From an uncultured archaeon (lineage in GTDB: Archaea; Thermoproteota; Bathyarchaeia; Bathyarchaeales; Bathycorpusculaceae), in contig CAWALK010000018.1 of NCBI GenBank assembly GCA_963782915.1, positions 128,001 through 192,000 of the forward strand: a stretch of DNA of 64,000 bases, read 5' to 3'. The notes under the pieces are model-generated. The model saw nothing but the letters and a program-made list of their open reading frames with translations. It had not been told where the DNA came from and ran no database searches. Made by a program: the position numbers and the translations under genes. Below are positions 56,097-64,000 of this stretch, piece by piece; the first letter of the stretch is position 1; each line of letters opens with the position of its first letter.

Positions 56097-56470
56097 GTTT
56101 TTTTAGTTCTCCCATAAGTTATTTCTAAAATTAATGTGAATGCTGTGATTTGTGAGTGATTGGGTTTTTTTCAAGTTTACATTTCCTCCGATGCTGGGTT
56201 GTCCAACTTCGAAAAAGGATTCTCTAAACTTTTCTAAGAGCACAAACAGATGCTGCATAGCTAACTAATAAACCTTGTTATTGATTATGGTTGATAAGGT
56301 AAGTACTGGTAAAGTTTGAGGAGGGGTTTGGATGGAGCAATCGATAGCCTGTGCGTTGCATCCACGTTTTTCTGTGTCTAATTATAGAGTGGGTCAGCCT
56401 CATAAACTTTGCAATTTAGATGCTTTGCTGCTTTTGTTTTTTGGTTTTTCTAGTAACAGAAGAAGGAATA

Positions 56471-56580
56471 GAGCCCCTATACCCTTCTTCTTCCTGCGGG
56501 CTTGGCTGTAGCATCTGTTTTGGTATGTACGTTTGGTTTGGGTTGCAGGCTGATTGTGGAGAGATTTCTACAAGCAGAAT
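56471..56580 (+). repeat. dispersed repeat family A copy (lacks the 5' hairpin)
   Basis: Colinear with 5391-5495: CTATAC..TCTTC..GCGGGCTTG.CTG..CTGTTT..TTGCA..GAGATT..AAGCA. Confidence 0.72.
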
Positions 56581-56633
56581 AGGTTTTTTGATCTATTAGT
56601 AACAAGTTAGTCAAATAAGCCCATGTAAAGGTG

Positions 56634-57764
56634 CTAATTACCCATCATAAACAAAGCCATTTCCACATCAGCCACGCTAAACGGGAAACCTTCCTCGTTG
56701 AGTTCATTACGAATAATCTCTAGAATCCACAGTAGTTTCTGGTAGTTCTCTGCCCAACCCATGGGAGACACATCCGCGTCTCCAAGGCGATTCACGCCGG
56801 GCGGGGACTTTATGATCCGCTCACCATTATAAATTAGGGTTTTTAAGGCTGAACCAACACGGCTGTCCAGCGTTGCCAAGTAATTTTGGTCGAATAATCC
56901 AATTATTTTTGAGGCGCGGGAGATGCCGACCCCTTCAATAGTCATGAGTTTGAGTATAGCGTCTGAAGGTTTACCTTGATCAAGCAAACCAAAAGCGTCA
57001 CGGGTTACATGCAGACATTTCTGTTCATCCCGTTCAGGAAACAACGGGTTAGGAAAACTCCAAGTCATAACCGCGTCTAATGTGGCTAAATCTACTCCAC
57101 CGACATTACGTATGCGTGAGAGAACAAGCTGCTTTTGAAGTCCATTACGTTTATCTAATGATTCGGGGAGGTTTTTGTCTTTCCAACGGTAGTTTCTTCT
57201 ACCTATAACCAGTGCGTTTCGGTTCTCTTTGGTCCAGATGATTATCGTTGCAGCGTATTTTTGGTTGAATTCAGCCTTAGTTTTTGGTCCAATAGGAGCT
57301 TCAAGTGGTTTTGGAGGCTTCGGTTTTGGCACTTCCACCACTGCACTTGACACTGGAGTGGCTGGCACGACTAGTACTGGAGCTAATTGTGGTGCTGGCT
57401 GTGGTTCGATTAGTTGTATTTGCGGAGGGGTTTGTACTGGTTCTGGAACTGGCACTGGAGAAGCTATCGGTGGTGCAGACACCTGAGGTGGAGGCGTTGG
57501 AACCTCGGCGGTTTTACTGATTAACCGGTAACTTTCATTCCCCAAGAAATCGAAGTAGGGATGTACTGAATCTCGCATAGAGGACATTGCCAACACGTAT
57601 GTGCGTATGGTTGTTGCTGGCATGTTTGGCAGGCTTTCGTGGACTTTGTAGATTACATCGTTGGCTGTGAAGATATCTTTTTCTAAGCTTTTGGCAGACT
57701 CTAAAACAACCTGCATAATCCTGTAGTTGAGGTTCTGGGAACTATGGCCTGCCATGCACACCAT
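56634..57764 (-). CDS. two-domain protein: N-terminal wHTH-like, Pro linker, C-terminal HhH-glycosylase-like domain
   Basis: LMTIEGVGISRASKII..LDSRV..VADVEMALF. Confidence 0.6.
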   Translation of the reverse strand: MVCMAGHSSQNLNYRIMQVVLESAKSLEKDIFTANDVIYKVHESLPNMPATTIRTYVLAMSSMRDSVHPYFDFLGNESYRLISKTAEVPTPPPQVSAPPIASPVPVPEPVQTPPQIQLIEPQPAPQLAPVLVVPATPVSSAVVEVPKPKPPKPLEAPIGPKTKAEFNQKYAATIIIWTKENRNALVIGRRNYRWKDKNLPESLDKRNGLQKQLVLSRIRNVGGVDLATLDAVMTWSFPNPLFPERDEQKCLHVTRDAFGLLDQGKPSDAILKLMTIEGVGISRASKIIGLFDQNYLATLDSRVGSALKTLIYNGERIIKSPPGVNRLGDADVSPMGWAENYQKLLWILEIIRNELNEEGFPFSVADVEMALFMMGN

Positions 57765-57799
57765 TCAGGGGTTTGGGGATTTAAAACTTGCTTCGTGGC

Positions 57800-57880
57800 T
57801 GGAAGGCTTGCTTGGGGCTTTGGTTGACAGGTAGGTTGTGTTTGTTGCTCTGCACTGACCCCCCTCCCCTTATTTAAAGA
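57800..57880 (+). repeat. partial family A plus motif B
   Basis: AGGCTTG..GGTTGACAGGTAGGTTG TGTTTGTTGCTCTGC..CCCCCTCCCCTTATTTAAAG. Confidence 0.65.
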
Positions 57881-58014
57881 AGGGTTGTTTTGAATGCTCA
57901 CTATTCTGCATCCTTGTTTTGATGTCTTTTGTGGCAGGTGGCAATCCTTTACCTGTTTAGGAAGTGTTTAAAAGTATGCCACGTGTCATATATTAGTTAG
58001 GAGACAAACTCCAA

Positions 58015-58815
58015 ATGAAAAACAAATTCATCTTACTAATCGCAATCACCGCAACATTACTAATAGCCATCACACCCACAACAACCGCCGCTGGAACGCT
58101 AGAAATAACCAACCCATCACAAGACACCCAAAACTTCACCTATCAACAACTCACAGAAATGCCCCAAACCACCGTATACGCCGAACTCTACTGCTACGGC
58201 AGCCTAGTAACCATGGGCAACTGGAACGGAATACAACTTAGTTATCTACTAACACAAGCAAACGCCACCACTGAAGCCAAATCAATCCAATTTAGAGCCT
58301 CAGACGGCTACGTAGTGACCATACCAATCGAGGTAGCTATGGCACCAGAAACAATTATTGCCTATCAACTAGATGGGGCACCACTATCGGAAGGGCTTCG
58401 ATTAGTTCTGCCGGGAACTAACGGTGCATCATGGATTGCAAAAATCGTTTCCATAACTGCTAGCAATATGGGCGCTGAAACGCCTGCCCCAGCGGGAGCC
58501 AGTTTACCAAACGACGGTTTAATAAAAGGCACAAACGATAATACACAATCACTACCAACCCCAACCTTAACCCCCACCCCAACACAACCAACAACCAAAC
58601 CCACCCCTAACAATTCCACCCCAAATCCCAGTCCTTCTCCAGCAAACATAACTGAAGTTGAGCCAACAATCAAGCCACAGGATACCATAGACTCTCAATG
58701 GGGAACAATAGCTGCAATAATCGCTGTTTTAACGGTCAGTTTGGCAACAGTCACAACTTTTACTATCAAACGAAGAACAAAACCGAAGGATAGCCCGCTT
58801 ACTTCTTATCCGTAA
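58015..58815 (+). CDS. surface-anchored sulfite-oxidase-family molybdopterin-binding protein
   Basis: LYCYG..WNGIQL, ASDGY, IAYQLDGAPL..LRLVLPG..W; signal peptide and C-terminal TM. Confidence 0.85.
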   Translation: MKNKFILLIAITATLLIAITPTTTAAGTLEITNPSQDTQNFTYQQLTEMPQTTVYAELYCYGSLVTMGNWNGIQLSYLLTQANATTEAKSIQFRASDGYVVTIPIEVAMAPETIIAYQLDGAPLSEGLRLVLPGTNGASWIAKIVSITASNMGAETPAPAGASLPNDGLIKGTNDNTQSLPTPTLTPTPTQPTTKPTPNNSTPNPSPSPANITEVEPTIKPQDTIDSQWGTIAAIIAVLTVSLATVTTFTIKRRTKPKDSPLTSYP

Positions 58816-58877
58816 GCATTGGCTTTTTTATCTTTTTTTTATAACATTACTAGAATCAAATCAAGGAAAAGTGAGCA

Positions 58878-59183
58878 TTAGTATCTAGCTATCTTGTAGC
58901 GTCCCCGAAACTGACGCTTACGCTGCTCCTGAGCCTCAGTCAACTTGGAATTGGCGGTTTTAACCTCAAAAACAGTGGGCTCCCCAACTGTTCCGCCAAA
59001 AAAGTCTCTCTTCTGCACCACGAAGTCGCCGCCTTTGTGGATTTTTGTGCAGTCATGCCCTTCCATGGCTTGGTCGAAGGCGAAGCGGTCTTTGGCGATG
59101 CTGCCTTTTTGGCGTTTTGCATGGGGAAAACGGCGTGCAGTGTTGCCGAACCCGTAGGGTCTTTTGGGGTCTTGTTTAGCCAT
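58878..59183 (-). CDS. small PD-(D/E)XK nuclease-like protein
   Basis: GGDFVVQ..FEVKT..LTEAQ. Confidence 0.7.
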   Translation of the reverse strand: MAKQDPKRPYGFGNTARRFPHAKRQKGSIAKDRFAFDQAMEGHDCTKIHKGGDFVVQKRDFFGGTVGEPTVFEVKTANSKLTEAQEQRKRQFRGRYKIARY

Positions 59184-59390
59184 GTTGCAGCTTCGCTGTT
59201 AAATGCCGAAATGTTATTATTAAATTAATTGTAAAATGGCTCAGTATTTTATACTATGTCTTTCTTTGTTTTTCTTGCAGTTCTTGTTTCAGATTTATTT
59301 TGGCACCGCATTGACTGGTATTTTAATGCATCTTGACGCCATAGTTCGTGAGTTAATCGGAATTGTTCACTTCAACACTCAAAATATTTG

Positions 59391-59684
59391 TCAAGTGTTG
59401 CTGCTGTCGGCTACTTCTTCAGCTAAAGACCGCTTCTTTTGGGTGCCCGTCGGAGGCAGAGCCATCGTTCTAAAGGCATCCAATGCAGCATGTGAATTCT
59501 TCAGAAGCTGCTGCGCTTGTCGGATGGCTTCTTGACGCCCCATATCATACGTCCAGCCACTATCTTTAACGGCATCAACTCGTGCACCAATGTTTTCTGC
59601 CATACAATCCTCAAACCCTGCCAGTTTTAAATCATCAACTAAAGCTGCTCTATCATAATCACTTGTAGGTTGTCTTGGCAACAA
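59391..59684 (-). CDS. hypothetical protein
   Basis: GGAGTGA SD before TTG; 97 aa, helical. Confidence 0.65.
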   Translation of the reverse strand: MLPRQPTSDYDRAALVDDLKLAGFEDCMAENIGARVDAVKDSGWTYDMGRQEAIRQAQQLLKNSHAALDAFRTMALPPTGTQKKRSLAEEVADSSNT

Positions 59685-59893
59685 AAATCACTCCAGAAGT
59701 AAAAATTAGCTCAACCAATCCGAAAGGGCATTATGAATTGGCTAATAAAGCTGCGTTGTTGCCCATCTGAAGCATCGAACTAATAAGTGCTGGAGTGTAC
59801 TGGTTACGTTTGGAAGCGTTTATTTTGCAAAATAGATCATCGACATTAACCGGAAATGAACCTGTAAAGCCGGAAGGAAACCAAACAACTGAA

Positions 59894-60043
59894 ATGCCGA
59901 AGCCAAAAATGGCAAACGGAAAATTTATGTGTCCACTGTGCAGTGCTGTATTTTCTTCGATGTATGCCTACAAGCGACACGCACACGACATCCATAAGTT
60001 TGGCTCTTCAACACCGACCGCAAATAGACTAAGAAGCAGTTGA
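59894..60043 (+). CDS. C2H2 zinc-finger micro-protein
   Basis: FMCPLCSAVFSSMYAYKRHAHDIH. Confidence 0.7.
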   Translation: MPKPKMANGKFMCPLCSAVFSSMYAYKRHAHDIHKFGSSTPTANRLRSS

Positions 60044-60148
60044 TTACCATGGGAAAATCGGCGATTGGCTAAAGTTGTAGCAAAAAACCTACCCTAAAAG
60101 CCATAAATTGTTGCAGCGATAGGTATTGTATGGACTTTAGGGGTTACT

Positions 60149-60586
60149 TTACTGTTCAGCAGCCCATTTGCGTGCCGCAGCTAAATCACCCGCGTTTGGC
60201 CTGCCGCGTCGTGTAAAACCAAAGGTTTGTCCTAAACAGATGAAATAGTTCTCGCCCAACCGCTGACCTTTGGCTTCAAGCGTCTGTTTGACTCTTTCAT
60301 AGGCGAGTGTGTTGCTTGCGCCTCCGCCAGCCCACGTCATAAATAGTACAAACCGCTTGCCAATCCCCAAGTCAGCTGTGTTGAGGTAGTTTAGCAGCTC
60401 CACATAGGGTTCGCCGCCGCGGATGCCAGTGCCAAGGAAAACCAAGTCATAACCCTCAAGCGACAAAGTTGAGGCGTCAAAGGCTTCGGTTAATTTCACC
60501 GCTTTGCAGTTTACTTGGGCTGCGATTTCTTGGGCTACTTTTTCGGTGTTGCCGCGATGGGTTGAGTAAATAACAATAGCGTTCAT
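60149..60586 (-). CDS. flavodoxin-family protein
   Basis: IYSTHRGNTEKVA, YDLVFLGT. Confidence 0.88.
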   Translation of the reverse strand: MNAIVIYSTHRGNTEKVAQEIAAQVNCKAVKLTEAFDASTLSLEGYDLVFLGTGIRGGEPYVELLNYLNTADLGIGKRFVLFMTWAGGGASNTLAYERVKQTLEAKGQRLGENYFICLGQTFGFTRRGRPNAGDLAAARKWAAEQ

Positions 60587-60594
60587 GAGACCAC

Positions 60595-61491
60595 TCAGGT
60601 TGGGCGTTCGGTTACGTTTACGTTGGCTGATGTTTCTATTTTTGCTTTCTCAATTTTTTGCATTATCGTTTGCAAAAGTTTAGCATCAGCCTCATAACCG
60701 ATGCTGTTACGTTCATTGGTTATCGCTACTTTTGCGGTTGTTCCCGAACCCAAAAATGGATCCAACACCGTTTCACCCCTAACACTAAACATCCGAATCA
60801 GCCGTTCCGCCACCTCATCGGGGTAAGCTGCAGTACGCCTCTCAAGTTCACTCGCGGTCTGCCTCGTACCCTTGAAATCCCAAATTTGGCTAAACCACAC
60901 ATCCCGCTGCACCTTCGTAAACTTGCTCTCATAACGGTCTTGCTGGTGGGGCTCGAATTTGCGCAGTTTCCCCTTCCTAAACAGTAAGATAAACTCGCAG
61001 TCCAATGTTACATAGGCGTTGGGGGGTAGGAAGCCTGAGCCTAAAAATGCGCCTTTACCCTTGTATTTTGGACGGTTCGTCGGTTTTTTCCATAGGATAT
61101 AGGGCAGGGTAGTGAAGCCGATTGTTTCGCAAACCTCAGTGATTCGGGAATGGTTGGGGAAGAGTTGGAATTTGCCGTTTATATTGCGTGTGGCGTCGCC
61201 GATGTTTATGGCTGCTATGCCGCCGTCTGCTAGGACGCGGTAGGTTTCTGCCCAGACTTTGGCGAGGTTTTCATGCATTAATTTGTATAGTTGCCGCACG
61301 GTGACGTCGCTGGCTGTTCGTTCAAGTTTGCGCCATAACGCCGCAATTTTGGGGTCAGCTTTACAGAAGAGTTCATCCCACATTGCTATCATGGGGTAAG
61401 GTGGTGAGGTTACCATTAGCTGGATAGAGCCGTCGGCGAGTTCGCTCATTTGTTGGCTGTTGCCGATTATGATTTGGTGCTGGGTGGGCAT
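60595..61491 (-). CDS. beta-class N4-cytosine DNA methyltransferase, M.MjaI/M.MthZI-like
   Basis: TSPPY precedes DPFLGSGTT; PMIAMWDELF and GSGFLPPNAYVTLD match my recollection of that family. Confidence 0.88.
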   Translation of the reverse strand: MPTQHQIIIGNSQQMSELADGSIQLMVTSPPYPMIAMWDELFCKADPKIAALWRKLERTASDVTVRQLYKLMHENLAKVWAETYRVLADGGIAAINIGDATRNINGKFQLFPNHSRITEVCETIGFTTLPYILWKKPTNRPKYKGKGAFLGSGFLPPNAYVTLDCEFILLFRKGKLRKFEPHQQDRYESKFTKVQRDVWFSQIWDFKGTRQTASELERRTAAYPDEVAERLIRMFSVRGETVLDPFLGSGTTAKVAITNERNSIGYEADAKLLQTIMQKIEKAKIETSANVNVTERPT

Positions 61492-61804
61492 GCGCTGGTA
61501 TGTATAGTTGAATGGGGCTTTTACTTTTGCGGTAAAAAATTTTGCAGATACTGACTGCTGTAAAGGGCAATATTGTCTTGTCTGCTATGTATGCATAAAG
61601 TTTCTTTTAGTAAACAATTTTCCCCACTTGCTTTAAGAAATCCGCCCCCATAATCAAAAAGAGGCTCGTTATGGTCATATTTAGGAAATATTTTAGGCTC
61701 TCACCCATGCATATTGACTTGTTGCTGACAAAACCCTACATCACAAGCTACGACGATAAACCTTTAAATTTGATCTTTCCCTTCAAGTCAGAGGCGACTG
61801 GCTG

Positions 61805-62632
61805 ATGGTATTAGCGTTCCAAGAAGAAGGTATCCGCCTTTTAATTAACATGGGATTCACTGAAACACAGGCCAAACTCTATCTGGCGCTGTTAAACATC
61901 GGAAAAACCGATGTGAAGACCCTGTCTAAGCAAGCAAATGTACCCCGACAGGCCGCTTACAGAACGCTGGGTGAATTGCAGGAAAAGGGCATTGTGGAAA
62001 AAATAATTTCTCTGCCCCAAGAGTACCAAGCCATTCCACTGCAAGACGGATTAACCGTAATGATCAGCTCAAAAGCCAACGAATACGCCAAAATCATCGA
62101 GAAAGCCAAAGAGTTCCTGCTAAAGTTTGAAGCTCAGAATCAAGCACAGGTTTCAGATAAACAATACAACATTAGCATCATCGAAGGAAAAGAAACCATC
62201 ATCAACAAAATCGGAACGCTAACAGATGGGCTTGAAGGCAACATTTGCGTTTGTCAAACTGTACAGCGTTGGATGCATGTTAACCATGAAATTATCGATA
62301 ACGTGAAAGAAGCCTTGGCAAGAGGGGTAAAGTACCGTGTGGTTTTGGAGAGACCCGATGGTGAGTTTAGTTTTCCGAAAGAATTCAAGTATTTGCTTTC
62401 GCATCCAAACTATGAGTTGCGGCTAATTAATGATCACCTGAAAATTAACGCGGCGATTTATGATGAGAAAGTTGCTTGTTTTAGTTTTTATCCCGCAAAG
62501 GCAGTAGCTGATACACCGGTTATTGTTACTAATCATCCGAGTTTGTTGGTGGGGTTTGTGGATCATTTTGAGAATCTGTGGCGTGAAAGCGAAAAACTCG
62601 AGGTTAAAGAGGAAAGCGTCATGGCTCAGTGA
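61805..62632 (+). CDS. TrmB-family transcription regulator
   Basis: LINMGFTETQAKLYLAL..YRTLGELQEKGIV; TNHPSLL. Confidence 0.9.
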   Translation: MVLAFQEEGIRLLINMGFTETQAKLYLALLNIGKTDVKTLSKQANVPRQAAYRTLGELQEKGIVEKIISLPQEYQAIPLQDGLTVMISSKANEYAKIIEKAKEFLLKFEAQNQAQVSDKQYNISIIEGKETIINKIGTLTDGLEGNICVCQTVQRWMHVNHEIIDNVKEALARGVKYRVVLERPDGEFSFPKEFKYLLSHPNYELRLINDHLKINAAIYDEKVACFSFYPAKAVADTPVIVTNHPSLLVGFVDHFENLWRESEKLEVKEESVMAQ

Positions 62633-62721
62633 TTAACCGTTTTATCTCTTGGTAAAAACTGCTCTGTGCTGTGGGAAATGATTAATAAGACAGAAACCAA
62701 CCCTTCTGTACTGCATCACAT

Positions 62722-62849
62722 GCTACGGTAACCAAGCCAGGTCAAAGGTGAAGGACTCAAGATCAACGTTTGGCCGGCAGGTCTGGCCCCACGGATGGGA
62801 AATCCTTTCCCGCAGGGGTTCGCAGGTTCAAATCCTGCCCGTAGCACCA
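62722..62849 (+). tRNA. tRNA-Leu(CAA) with 40-nt intron at 37/38 (62762-62801) and encoded CCA
   Basis: Acceptor GCTACGG/CCGTAGC-A-CCA; anticodon stem AAGGA/TCCTT; long variable arm; GGTTCAAATCC; bulge-helix-bulge with CUCA/UGGG helix. Confidence 0.93.
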
Positions 62850-62852
62850 GTC

Positions 62853-63260
62853 TTACTTTATAAAAATGGCTTCCCCAATGTTTCTAAAGTGTTCGTCTCC
62901 AGTTACCACTTTTCCTTTTAGGCTCCTTGCTGTGCATAAAACTATTGAGTCGGCTAAGCCCCAGTCTTTCTCTTGTTTTTTCATGGCACAATCTATTTTT
63001 CCAGCATCAATCGCAAGTTCAAAATATAAATCGACCACTTGAGTTGATGCGTTAATGAATTCTAGGCGTTTTAATCGGCCTTCAGGGGTTTCGTTTCCAA
63101 GCTCTATTTCTTTCTGGAGTTTTCTGCTTATTTCTGCAACGACTATGCTAGGAGTTACTGAATCAGCACTTTCTATATATTTTTTGGCAACTTCACCGTA
63201 TTTTGAGGCCCTAAAATATTCTATCCAAGCGTAAGAATCAATCACGAACTTAGAGTTCAT
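62853..63260 (-). CDS. vapC: VapC PIN-domain toxin
   Basis: VIDSYAWIEY, VAEI, LADS, VTGDEHF. Confidence 0.92.
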   Translation of the reverse strand: MNSKFVIDSYAWIEYFRASKYGEVAKKYIESADSVTPSIVVAEISRKLQKEIELGNETPEGRLKRLEFINASTQVVDLYFELAIDAGKIDCAMKKQEKDWGLADSIVLCTARSLKGKVVTGDEHFRNIGEAIFIK

Positions 63261-63459
63261 GCGATTCAGCCTCATCTTCTCGTGTGAAAGGCTTCAGTTT
63301 ACGGTTTGACCCAAACATGGAGCAGGAGATATTTTTGCGTTCGAGGATAAGGGATTTTATGACTTGATCGTGGCTACTAGCGTTCATTTCTTTTTTGATT
63401 TTATTTAGCATTTGGAGAGTTTTTTCATCGACTTGAACGGTTGTTGGCACTTTTATCAT
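63250..63459 (-). CDS. vapB: VapB-type antitoxin
   Basis: TTVQVDEKTLQMLNKIKKEM..SHDQVIKSLI; overlaps the vapC start. Confidence 0.85.
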   Translation of the reverse strand: MIKVPTTVQVDEKTLQMLNKIKKEMNASSHDQVIKSLILERKNISCSMFGSNRKLKPFTREDEAESHEL

Positions 63460-63460
63460 C

Positions 63461-63480
63461 GCTATAGCTATAGTTATAGC
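63461..63480. promoter_or_regulatory. palindromic operator upstream of vapBC
   Basis: GCTATAGCTATAGTTATAGC near-perfect palindrome immediately before vapB. Confidence 0.55.
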
Positions 63481-63591
63481 ACCATAAGAAATTTGTGTTT
63501 TTAGGACCTTGACAGCGTTTCCATAATGTATACAGTGAAATTTTAATACAGCCTAACCCATCTAAAAGGGTATCTTCGCTTGGTGGCTTGA

Positions 63592-63828
63592 TTGGCAAAG
63601 ACAGTTTTGGCAGAGGAAGAAAGAAGAAGCCTCAAAGTCTTAGCTTTGGAACTCTATGAAATCCGCAAGCTTATCGATAAACTTGCTGAAACCCTATCAA
63701 ACCTCAGCGATAAGGAACTGTTGAAGGTTTTAGATGCGAGTCCAGCGGATTATAAAGAAAGTCAAGTGGATCGCTACAGGGAAAAACTGGAAAAGCAGTT
63801 GGATTTTGCCGAAAGGGAATTTCGATAG
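63592..63828 (+). CDS. small coiled-coil hypothetical protein
   Basis: 78-aa charged helical ORF. Confidence 0.6.
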   Translation: MAKTVLAEEERRSLKVLALELYEIRKLIDKLAETLSNLSDKELLKVLDASPADYKESQVDRYREKLEKQLDFAEREFR

Positions 63829-64000
63829 TAATGCGAGGGTTTCGCCAGATAAGCGCTAAATATTTTGATCGGCAATTGACATAACCCTATCATAGTGTTG
63901 TATCCTTCTTAGTTTCAGTGTACAGCCGTTGGATAGTACAAACATTTGGAACATAGAAAGCATTAACAACTGCATTTTATCGCTGAAAACAATAGCAAAG

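Overview
Archaeal chromosome segment, most consistent with a TACK-lineage archaeon such as Bathyarchaeia (inference from the unsplit Rpo1 and RpoB, multiple TrmB paralogues and PQQ-propeller surface proteins). Many single-base indels break even essential genes (rpo1, lhr, tatC), so this looks like an unpolished long-read assembly, and most 'broken' genes are probably intact. Housekeeping content: cdc6/orc1, pdaD, lhr, apgM, tatAC, ppa, nucS, aIF2alpha, rpoB-rpo1-rpl30e-nusA and an intron-containing tRNA-Leu(CAA). The most striking element is a translationally coupled three-gene operon at 40.7-44.1 kb. It encodes a short (~640 aa), apparently hinge-less and hook-less SMC5/6-type ATPase, an Nse4-like kleisin and a single MAGE/Nse1-Nse3-like KITE protein, i.e. 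a candidate minimal archaeal SMC5/6 complex. Other highlights are a putative copper/metal-handling cluster (Tat, triple NosL/TRASH-like Cys repeat, GAMC/CC membrane protein, FtsX/LolD ABC, Tat-exported multicopper oxidase), a dispersed degenerate intergenic repeat family, two micro-proteins missing from the ORF track, possible ATA/CTG starts, and a variable region near the tRNA (HhH-like protein, PD-(D/E)XK nuclease, orphan m4C methyltransferase, VapBC). All family assignments are by eye from motifs; no searches were run.
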